NCBI GenBank assembly: GCA_938040325.1
Contig: CALHXW010000060.1
Span: 9,080 to 73,079, forward strand
DNA length: 64,000 nucleotides
Origin: an uncultured bacterium
GTDB lineage: Bacteria; Myxococcota_A; UBA9042; PHBI01
Reading direction: 5' to 3'
Part shown: positions 19,481-27,413 of the stretch, piece after piece
Layout of the letters: each line of letters starts with the position of its first letter
Position numbering within the stretch: the stretch's first letter is position 1
Notes under the pieces: model-generated
The model's input: the letters and a program-made list of their open reading frames with translations, nothing else
Told to the model about the DNA's origin: nothing
Databases searched by the model: none
Program-made: the position numbers and the translations under genes

Positions 19481-20569
19481 ATGAGCCACGACACACTCTA
19501 TCGCCGCGCGTTGCGCGCGGCGCGACGCGCTGTAGTTTACGCCCTCAGCCTCTGCGCCATCATCGTGACGTTTGGCGCACCTCAGGCTGCGGCGACGCCG
19601 CCCACCGTTTTCGTCGATGCCGTCGACGTCACGACCTTCCCAGCGACCGGCACGCTAGAGCTGCTGGTGGACCTAGCTGATGACAGCGTCCGCGAGGCCG
19701 TGGTTGCCGCCCCAGACCGGGTCGAGCTTGTCGTCGACGGTGCCGTGATTGGCCATGCGATTGCCTCTAACGAGACCCGCAACACGTCTCCGGTCACCGT
19801 CGTGGCTGGCTTCACCCACAACATCAGCTACATGAGGCTCTTGGACCGAGCAGCGGTCGACGGGGGTCCCGTTGACCTCGAACAGCCACAGCGCCTCGGC
19901 CTCAGCCGGGTATTGAGCGCGGTGGCTTCGGGTTTTGCGCTTGGGTGGCGACTCTATGACTTGCGCGTCGAGCGAATCGCTGGCGGCTGGGTCGATGGAC
20001 CTCGCGGGCTCGCCAAGCGCTACACGCGAGGCCGGTTTCGCCTCGACAGGCCCACAGCCGACGAGCCGCAGTTTGGCTACGGAGTCGCCAGGCTGATGGA
20101 GGAGTTCAAGCTCTGGGATGCGGCGTTGCCGGCGCGACGCGTCGTTGTGATGCTGACCGATGGCTCCGACATCCTCGACCGCGATCCACCTCCGCGTCCG
20201 ACCAGCTTCTATGCAAACGCCCGGACAGCAGCCAACGCGCTCGGCGTTCGCTTGATGTTCGTCGGCCTCGCTGTAGACGAGAACTCGCGCCTCGACCGCG
20301 TCAGGGACTATGCACAGATGACCGGCGGCAGCTACCGCGAGGTCACGCTCGCACAGCTCGCTACAGACCCCGACGCCGTCTCCGACGCCCTCGTCGCGAC
20401 GAGCGACCGCCTCCACCGCGAGACCCGGCTGACGTTCAAGGTCGACAAGCGCTACCGCGGCTCCCGCGGACTGCCGGTCGGCGTCTCGATCCGCATCACC
20501 CACAACGGACGCGTCACCGAGGGGCGACACATCAAGCCGGTCGTGCTCCCCGAGCGCGCCAGCCACTGA
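19481..20569 (+). CDS. secreted protein with vWA-like (MIDAS-type …VVVMLTDGSD…) region
   Basis: A signal peptide is present (…VVYALSLCAIIVTFGAPQAAA). A 'MLTDGSD' block and hydrophobic beta-strands are reminiscent of von Willebrand A domains. Confidence 0.55.
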   Translation: MSHDTLYRRALRAARRAVVYALSLCAIIVTFGAPQAAATPPTVFVDAVDVTTFPATGTLELLVDLADDSVREAVVAAPDRVELVVDGAVIGHAIASNETRNTSPVTVVAGFTHNISYMRLLDRAAVDGGPVDLEQPQRLGLSRVLSAVASGFALGWRLYDLRVERIAGGWVDGPRGLAKRYTRGRFRLDRPTADEPQFGYGVARLMEEFKLWDAALPARRVVVMLTDGSDILDRDPPPRPTSFYANARTAANALGVRLMFVGLAVDENSRLDRVRDYAQMTGGSYREVTLAQLATDPDAVSDALVATSDRLHRETRLTFKVDKRYRGSRGLPVGVSIRITHNGRVTEGRHIKPVVLPERASH

Positions 20570-20602
20570 GAGCCGACGCGCACGCCGAGACCAACTCTCG
20601 CG

Positions 20603-23521
20603 CTACTGGAGCAGGTTGTTGATGGCGCCAAACGCCTGCGACTGCGAGCCGCTTGTGTGGACGATCGTGCCCGTCTCATCGAGCACAATATGCTCATCTT
20701 TGGTGCCGGTGCCGGTGTGGCCGGGGAACACGCCGTTTGCGTCAAAGAGCACAGGCATCGTCAGCCCGAAGTTGTCGCGGACAGCCGCGCAATAAGCCGC
20801 ATCGGGTAGGCTCCCGAAGTTTCCGGTGTTGGTGATCACAAGGTACATCTCGAAGCTGGGGTCGAGCGCTAGGAAGTCTGCATAATCATCGGACGCCGAA
20901 CTGGCGTGCCCTTGGCAAGACGGTCACCACCCGGCGTACGAGAACATATACGACGCCTTCTTCTGACAGAGCTCATGGATGGTGTAGGGCGTTCCGTCGC
21001 AGTCGGTCAGCGTCAGGTCTGCCAAGCGGTCGCCCACGCCGGTCCCGTAAGGCGCCGCGGGCGGACAGACCATCGGAGGCGGTCCGCAGGTGCCAGCAGC
21101 CATGTCGCAGACGTCTCCACCAGCACACACCCCACACGTCGAGCCGCAGCCGTCGGGACCGCAGTCCTTGCCGGCGCAGTCGGGCACGCACTCGCACTGA
21201 CCCGCACCACTGCAGCTCTCGTTGACTGCACAGCTCCCGCAGCTCCCGCCGCAGCCGTCGCCGCCACAGTCTTTGCCAGCACAGTCAGGCACGCAGGCGC
21301 ACTGCCCGCTGCCATCACACGTCTCGCCAGCGCCACAGCCTGGCCCGCAGCTCCCCCCACAGCTGTCGGGCCCGCAGCTCTTGCCGGCACAATCAGCGAC
21401 ACACTCACACTGGCCGCCTGCGCCACAGGCCGAGCCAGCGGCACACGCGCCGCACGTGCCACCACAGCCGTCGCTTCCACACATCTTGCCCACACAGTCG
21501 GGGACACAGGCACACTGACCGCCACCATCACAGGCCTCGCCAGCAGCGCACATGCCGCAGCTTCCGCCGCAGCCATCGCCGCCGCAGTCCTTGCCTGCGC
21601 ACGCGGCCACACACTCACACTGACCCGCGCCGCTGCAGACGTCCTGCGGCCCACTGCAGCCAGGCGGACAGCTCCCGCCGCAGCCGTCGCCGCCGCAGAC
21701 CTTGCCGGCACAGTCAGCAACGCACTCGCACTGACCGGCGCCGCTGCAGACCTCTTGGGCACCCGAGCAGCCAGGCCCGCACGTCCCACCGCAGCCATCG
21801 CCGCCGCAGACCTTGCCGGCACAGTCGGCCACGCACTCGCACTGGCCTCCAGTGCTGCAGACCTCTTGAGCCCCGCTGCAGCCAGGACCGCAGCTCCCGC
21901 CGCAACCATTGCTCCCGCAGACCTTGCCGACACAGTCCGCCACGCACTCGCACACGCCAGCGGCGCTGCAGACTTCCTGCGTACCGCTGCAGCCTGCGCC
22001 GCAGGTCCCTCCACAGCCGTCGCTGCCACAGACCTTGCCGGCACAGTCGGGTGCGCAGACGCAGCTCCCGGTGTCGCATGCGGTCCCTGGCTGACACGAC
22101 CCGCAGCTCCCGCCGCAGCCGTCGTCACCACACGCCTTGCCGACGCAGTCGGGAGCACACTCGCAGACGCCAGCGCCACTGCATACCTCGCCCGCTGGAC
22201 ACGTCGGTCCGCACGTCCCGCCGCAGCCGTCCGGCCCGCAGCTCTTGCCGCTGCAGTCGGGCGTGCACGTCGAGACACAGGCCCCAGCGCTCGTGCAGAC
22301 CATCCCAGCGCTGCAGCCCGCGCCGCAGGTTCCGCCACAACCATCGTCACCGCAGACCTTACCGACACAGTCCGGCACGCACTCGCACACGCCCGCAACG
22401 CTGCACTGGTCTCCAGCGGCGCAGGTCCCGCAGCTCCCGCCGCAACCATCCGTCCCGCACGCCTTGCCGTCGCAGCTTGCGCAGCACGGGACGTTGCACA
22501 TGCCGGTCGCGTCGCACAGGCTCGGGTCATCACCGAAGCAGCCGGTACAGCCGCCACAGCTTCCGCCGCAGCCGTCGTCACCACAGAGCTTGCCGGCGCA
22601 GTCCGGAGCGCACGCACAGCTCCCGCCGGTACAGGTGTCAGGCGCCGTGCAGCTGCCGCACACCCCGCCACATCCATCGTCGCCGCAGACCTTGCCAGCG
22701 CAGTCCGGCACACAAGCGCACGCCCCGCCCACGCACTGCTCACCGCCCTCGCAGCTTCCGCAGGTACCGCCACAACCGTCGTCTCCGCAGGTCGCCGTCA
22801 GGCAGTCCGGAGCACACGCACAGCTCCCGGCATCGCAGACGCTCCCGCTCGAGCACGTGCCGCAAACCCCGCCGCAGCCGTCCGGCCCACACGCTTTCCC
22901 GTCACAGTCCGGCACGCACGCGCAGGCTCCGCCAACGCACACGTCCCCACCCGCGCAGCTGCCACAGCTCCCGCCGCAGCCATCATCGCCGCACGAGGCG
23001 ACGCTACAATCGGGCGCGCACGTGCACGCTCCGTCACTGCAGCCAAAGCCCGCACCACAAGCGCCGCAGCTCCCGCCGCAGCCGTCGTCACCGCAGTCGT
23101 TGCCAAGGCAGTCCGGACAGCAGACCGACTCGCAGGCACCGCCGACGCAGAGTCCTGGGTCAGGACCAAAGCACCCGTCGCACTCCCCGCAGAGCCCGCC
23201 ACACCCATCATCACCGCAGGTCTTGCCCTCGCAGTCTGGCACACACACGGGCGGCGTTGTATCGGCGCTTGTGTCCGCGGTCGCGTCTTCGACGGTATCG
23301 TCGAGCACATCGACCGGCTCGACAGCCGTGTCCACAAGCTCCGCCGTCGTGTCAGCAACCGCCGTGTCCACCGGCTCCGCCGTATCGACAGCAACATCGC
23401 CCGAGCCGGTATCCAGCACGGTATCAACGCTACCGGCGGTGTCTTCAGCGGAATCGGTCGGCGCCTCGTCTCCGCAAGCCGCCGTCGCAATCATCACCGC
23501 AATCAGCACGAGTTTTCTCAT
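20603..23521 (-). CDS. lipoprotein with about 25 tandem 8-Cys repeat modules and a C-terminal TlpA/redoxin-like domain interrupted by an in-frame TGA at the first position of the CxxC motif (candidate selenocysteine, UxxC)
   Basis: The N-terminus is MRKLVLIAVMIATAAC-GD (lipobox), followed by an acidic D/T/A-rich linker. The repeat is C.C.PDC.GK.CG.DGCGG.CG.C..G..C..G.C, about 25 copies. Reading 20924-23521 then gives …DLTLTDCDGTPYTIHELCQKKASYMFSYAGW-TGA-PSCQGHASS… It continues in the same frame through ORF 20603-20848 (…MYLVITNTGNF…PVLFDANG…IVLDETGTIVH…). Together this reconstitutes a complete thioredoxin-fold redoxin domain. Confidence 0.55.
20891..20926 (-). other. in-frame UGA (20924-20926) plus downstream mRNA hairpin (about 20891-20911): candidate bacterial SECIS
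   Basis: On the mRNA the sequence reads UGA-CCGUCUUGCCAA-GGGCACGCC-AGUUC-GGCGUCC. A 5-6 bp GC stem with an A-U pair, a C-C mismatch and a G-C pair below carries an apical loop containing G-U. It begins 12 nt after the UGA, the spacing expected for bacterial SECIS elements. Confidence 0.35.
21060..23250 (-). repeat. about 25 tandem copies of a roughly 93-96-nt unit encoding an 8-cysteine module (C.C.PDC.GK.CG.DGCGG.CG.C..G..C..G.C)
   Basis: The repeat is visible in the protein, and as long P/Q/S-rich shadow ORFs on the opposite strand (20906-23590, 22051-23820). Limits are approximate. Confidence 0.8.
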
Positions 23522-23603
23522 ACCGTGAGACTACCTCGAACGAACGGTGGGAGCGAGCGCCTTCTGGCTCAGCGGCCCAAAGCCGCATGACCGATGTAAG
23601 CGC

Positions 23604-23800
23604 ACGCCTACCCATACCCATACCCCTACGCATACGCATACGCATACGCATACGCCTACCCATACGCCTACGCATACGCATACGCCTACGCGTACCCACC
23701 ACCCGTACCCATACCCATACGCCTACGCCAACGCCCACCCCTACGCCTACCCATACCCCTACCCATACGCATACCCGGCCCCCCTACCCCCAACCCCTAC
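23604..23800. repeat. degenerate hexanucleotide microsatellite (CATACG / CCTACG / CATACC)n, about 30 units
   Basis: The run reads …cctacccatacccatacccctacgcatacgcatacgcatacgcatacgcctacccatacgcctacgcatacgc… The spurious + ORF 23547-23903 translating as PTHTHTPTHT…PYPYAYPY is produced by this repeat. It is intergenic, upstream of the minus-strand lipoprotein start at 23521. Confidence 0.8.
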
Positions 23801-23879
23801 CCAGCAACCGCCGGAGCTGAGCCTGTTACCCATGTCCCCGGTTCGAAAACCGCGTAAGCGTAGGGCCCGGCGAAACGCG

Positions 23880-23914
23880 AAACGCCCCGCTCAAGGGACT
23901 TGAGCGGGGCGTTT
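23880..23914 (-). terminator. strong hairpin (candidate terminator) downstream of the coiled-coil lipoprotein gene
   Basis: The sequence is aaacgccccgctcaag-gga-cttgagcggggcgttt, a perfect 16-bp inverted repeat. It lies about 25 nt after the stop at 23940. Only a weak U-tract follows on the minus strand (UUUCGCGUUUCG). Confidence 0.5.
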
Positions 23915-23939
23915 GCGACTCGGATGAGTCAATGGGGAC

Positions 23940-24773
23940 TCAGGAACCTTCGATGAGGGTGTCCTTCGACGACTCGAGGTCTTTTTGGGCGTCGAGAAGC
24001 TCCTTCTCGGCGTCGAGAAGCTCTGCCTCTTTTTCGGCGAGCTGCTCCTTGAACTCCAGGAGACGCTCGGTCACGGCGGGACCACTCTTGCCGCTCATGG
24101 CTGTGACGGTCTCATACTTCAGTAGCTCGTACTTTGCGCGAGCAGCCCAGACCTTGGCGTCATTGACGGCCTTCTGCGCCTCACTCGTCTCGGCCTTGGC
24201 TTCCTCGACATCGGTCGAGAGCGCCTTGTTGTCGCGCTGGCTACGTAGGCCCTTGAGGTCGGCCTTCGCCTGCTCGATGATCGGGTTCATCTGCGCCTTG
24301 GCTGCGGCAATCTCGCTCTCGCCGAGCTCTTTGGCTGCCTTGATGGCGGCGTCGCGCTTGGCTTCGACCGGAGCCAGCGCGCCACCGGCAATCTTGGCTG
24401 CGTTCGACTCTTGCTGGAAGGTTGCCTTCGCTGCCTCGATCGCGGCATCGCGCTTGTTCTTGGCGAGGTCGATGGACTTCTCGAGCTGGTCTTCGGCCTT
24501 TTCGACCTTGTCTTCGGCCTTGTCGACCATGCTGTCGGCTTTGTCGCCGACCTTCTCGGCCGCATCGACGTCTTTCTCGGCGGCCTTGAGCGAGCTGCGC
24601 GACGAGCTCAGGTCTGCCTTGGCGGCAGCGATTGCAGCGCGGGCTGCTTCGAGCTTGGCCGCATCTTCGCCAGTGGCTGCAGCGACGTCTTTATCGGGCA
24701 CGGTATGCGACAACCCGCCGCCGCATGCGATGGTCAAGTAGCCGAAAACACAAGCAAGTAAGATGTTCTTCAC
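23940..24773 (-). CDS. coiled-coil Ala/Lys/Glu-rich lipoprotein
   Basis: A lipobox is present (…FGYLTIAC-GGG). The rest is low-complexity heptad-like sequence (AAKADL…, EAKRDAAIKAAKELGESE…). Confidence 0.65.
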   Translation of the reverse strand: MKNILLACVFGYLTIACGGGLSHTVPDKDVAAATGEDAAKLEAARAAIAAAKADLSSSRSSLKAAEKDVDAAEKVGDKADSMVDKAEDKVEKAEDQLEKSIDLAKNKRDAAIEAAKATFQQESNAAKIAGGALAPVEAKRDAAIKAAKELGESEIAAAKAQMNPIIEQAKADLKGLRSQRDNKALSTDVEEAKAETSEAQKAVNDAKVWAARAKYELLKYETVTAMSGKSGPAVTERLLEFKEQLAEKEAELLDAEKELLDAQKDLESSKDTLIEGS

Positions 24774-25029
24774 GGTCTCCCCCTGTCCGGGTGGTCGAAA
24801 TCGGCGGCAATTTACAGGTTCGGTCCCTTCCTTACCACCCCAATGGTTTCAATCTGCGGCACATTGTCGTCAGACCGACCCCGCTGCCGACTGCCTGAAC
24901 TGCGATACGCGGTCCGTTTGAGCCGCCGCCACACGGGCGTGCTACGAGCTTCTGCGTTCCTCGGGGCTGAATTTGCCCGCCAGTCCTGCACCGACGAATC
25001 AACCTGACCACGAGCCGTCATCGCTGCAC

Positions 25030-25497
25030 TTACTCAGCTGTCGCAGAAGGCCAGCGCCACGTGTCGCGCTGCTCGTCATGTGCCGGAAAGAGGCTGACGG
25101 CGGTCACCGCGTCCTCGCTCAGCCAAAAGAGCATCGACAGCGCATCCACGTCGCAGGATCGCGCGTCGAGCGCTGGGAACTCCTCGAACGCCACCACAAA
25201 GGGCGTCGGGCAGGTCTCGCCGAGCGCAATGAGCGCGTCAGAAGTCATCCCGACAACGCCCGTTCCGTGCAGCTGAAAACAGCTATCGAGCACGGTCAGG
25301 GACGTCAGGCGGCCTCCGTCGTCGCTTGAGAAGCCGCACTCCAGCTGGGGACTCGCGAACTCCAACACCACGTCACCAGCCTCGTCGGTGCTGCGCGTGG
25401 AAGGCTCTCCCAACAGCGAGACGACGTGGGGCTCAAGCATCCCGAAACGGATGTCGTCGAAGCCGACCAAGGGATTGAGTTCAATGGCGTTGCTCAT
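25030..25497 (-). CDS. hypothetical protein
   Basis: The ORF is 155 aa with a coding-like acidic composition. No family was recognised. Confidence 0.45.
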   Translation of the reverse strand: MSNAIELNPLVGFDDIRFGMLEPHVVSLLGEPSTRSTDEAGDVVLEFASPQLECGFSSDDGGRLTSLTVLDSCFQLHGTGVVGMTSDALIALGETCPTPFVVAFEEFPALDARSCDVDALSMLFWLSEDAVTAVSLFPAHDEQRDTWRWPSATAE

Positions 25498-25562
25498 AGG
25501 GTGCCTCCGGAGACGGAGTGTGGCGAGCGGTGCGCCGGGTCGTCAACTGCCCTGGCGTTGTC

Positions 25563-26441
25563 TTACCGTCGAGCGACGATGCGCCGCTGCAGCCGCCGTT
25601 GTGTGACCTGCCAGCGCTCCAACATCCCCTGCCATCCGCGCAGCGTCTCGTCGAGCAAGTCGCGTCGGTAACGAATGCTCTCGAAGCGAGCCGGCGGTCC
25701 ACCTGCGAAGAACGCCGCTGGCGGGACCCGGTCTAAGCTGTGTGGCACGAACGCGCGCGCCTCGGTGACGGCCGCGATCGCCTGCTCGAGCCAGCGGACT
25801 TGGGCGTCGCGCTGGCCGGCGCGGCCGCTGGCGATGATGCGACGAACGTAGGTGTCGGCAAGGTCACGCCACTGCCGGGCGTCGATCAGTGGGCTCGTGG
25901 TCCCAGGCGGCCCGAAGCCGCCGCCGAGCCAAGGCGTCTGGGGAAGCGCGAAGGTCAACATCACTGGCGGTGGGCTGTCGGCTGCGTCCGCAGGGACCAC
26001 CTGGTACGTCACGATGCAGCGCCCACCGCGAACGCCGACGGTCCGGTGCTGAGTATCAAACCCGTGCACGTCGAGGTAAGCCTCGGTCTCCGCAAGCCCT
26101 CGGCTCGGCAGTGTGCGCAGGGCGACCACCTCGCCGCTGTGCTCGTCACAGTGCCGCAGCCACAGCTTGAGCGCCGCCACGTCGAGCGCGGCAAGGAAGC
26201 GCTCGGTCGACGACTTCCCCTGACCGGTATGAGACGCCAACGGGACCGTGCTGGCGTCGGCGTCGGCGTCGGCGCCAGCATGAACGACTCGCCCTACGCG
26301 ACACGTGCCGCCAAGGTCCAGTCGAACGAAAGTGCCTGAGCGACAGACGGTGTAGAGGCTGTCGGGGTCGAGCGCAAACGCCGTACGTCCCACGCCACGA
26401 AGCACACGACAGAGTGCCTCCGCCGAACTCATATCAATCAC
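25563..26441 (-). CDS. hypothetical protein
   Basis: The ORF is 292 aa and lies in the same orientation 65 nt upstream of 25030-25497, so the two are probably an operon. No family was recognised. Confidence 0.45.
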   Translation of the reverse strand: MIDMSSAEALCRVLRGVGRTAFALDPDSLYTVCRSGTFVRLDLGGTCRVGRVVHAGADADADASTVPLASHTGQGKSSTERFLAALDVAALKLWLRHCDEHSGEVVALRTLPSRGLAETEAYLDVHGFDTQHRTVGVRGGRCIVTYQVVPADAADSPPPVMLTFALPQTPWLGGGFGPPGTTSPLIDARQWRDLADTYVRRIIASGRAGQRDAQVRWLEQAIAAVTEARAFVPHSLDRVPPAAFFAGGPPARFESIRYRRDLLDETLRGWQGMLERWQVTQRRLQRRIVARR

Positions 26442-26706
26442 ACATCACCGTACTCGCAGCAGTCCCCATGCTCGTCGCCTCAGCGGGAGCACCTCAATCA
26501 ACGTGGACGAACCGATCGCCGGGTGCAAGGCAGCTCTGGAGCCCGTTCCGATTGGTGCGGAGCTGCTCGCACAACTATTTTTCGACCCTCTCGACCGCCG
26601 GTCAGAAGGCGAGACTCCGTGACGTCGAGGACCTTCCAGCAGCGCGGATGACACTTGCTTGCACGTCGCGATGAGCGGTATCGCATCGGTCCACCAAGGA
26701 ACCGCC

Positions 26707-27300
26707 ATGGCACTGCCCCCCGAAATCGAAGCCCGCGCGTCCACTGGTTGCGAGCTCTGCGGCGCAGCTGGCCCACTGGCCGGTCACGATGTGGGCGCAG
26801 CCGGCGCCCCTAGCGACGACGCAACGAGCCGCATGATCGCTGTCTGCGGAGCCTGCGGACCACAGCTACCCTCAGACGCCACGCTGACGCCAACGAGCTT
26901 GTTTGGCCTCCAGGAGAGCATCTGGAGCGACGTTGCCGCGGTTCAGGTCGCAAGCTTCCGTCTGCTCAAGCGCCTCTCCCAGGAGTCGTGGGCCCGTGAC
27001 TTGCTCGACCAGTGCTACCTCGACCCGTCGGTCGCCGCCTGGGCAGCGGCGGGCGAAGGCGAAGGCGACGCCGGTCCTGACGACGCGCTCGTCTTTGTCG
27101 ACAGCAACGGCACGGTCCTCAGCGCGGGCGACACCGTGACGCTCATCAAAGACCTCAACGTCAAGGGCGCCAACTTCACCGCCAAGCGCGGCACGACGGT
27201 CAAAAACATCCGGCTCACCGACGACCCCGAGCACATCGAAGGTCGCGTGAACAAGGTCAGTATCTACCTCAAGACGTGTTTCCTAAAGAAGCTCTCATGA
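26707..27300 (+). CDS. PhnA-domain protein (YjdC/PhnA family)
   Basis: The C-terminus GDTVTLIKDLNVKGANFTAKRGTTVKNIRLTDDPEHIEGRVNKVSIYLKTCFLKK matches the PhnA C-terminal domain. An N-terminal Cys pair (CELCG…CGAC) resembles the PhnA zinc ribbon. Start is the ATG at 26707 (MALPPE…). Confidence 0.6.
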   Translation: MALPPEIEARASTGCELCGAAGPLAGHDVGAAGAPSDDATSRMIAVCGACGPQLPSDATLTPTSLFGLQESIWSDVAAVQVASFRLLKRLSQESWARDLLDQCYLDPSVAAWAAAGEGEGDAGPDDALVFVDSNGTVLSAGDTVTLIKDLNVKGANFTAKRGTTVKNIRLTDDPEHIEGRVNKVSIYLKTCFLKKLS

Positions 27301-27413
27301 TGGCCGCCGCCGCCGGCTCGCCCTGAGTCTCACGTGCGGATTTGGCGATCCCCACGAAACCATCCAGCTGGTATGTTGGGGGCGGTAGGCTGCCTACTCG
27401 CCCGAGAGGAAAC

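Noticed and set aside
20906-23820. Long plus-strand ORFs (20906-23590, 894 aa; 22051-23820, 589 aa; 22137-23528, 463 aa) rich in P/Q/S/A/R
   Set aside because: They are the antisense reading frames of the minus-strand Cys-repeat array. The low-complexity PQPSSPQ… periodicity mirrors the 93-96-nt DNA repeat. There is no signal, no Shine-Dalgarno motif, and no recognisable domain.
23830-23860. tRNA-like T-arm (GGTTCGAAAACC)
   Set aside because: The loop is 8 nt (TTCGAAAA) and not the canonical TΨCRANY. No acceptor, D or anticodon arms can be built around it, so it is not a tRNA.
23547-23903. ORF translating as PTHTHTPTHT…PYPYAYPY
   Set aside because: It is a translation of the hexanucleotide microsatellite and is not a gene.
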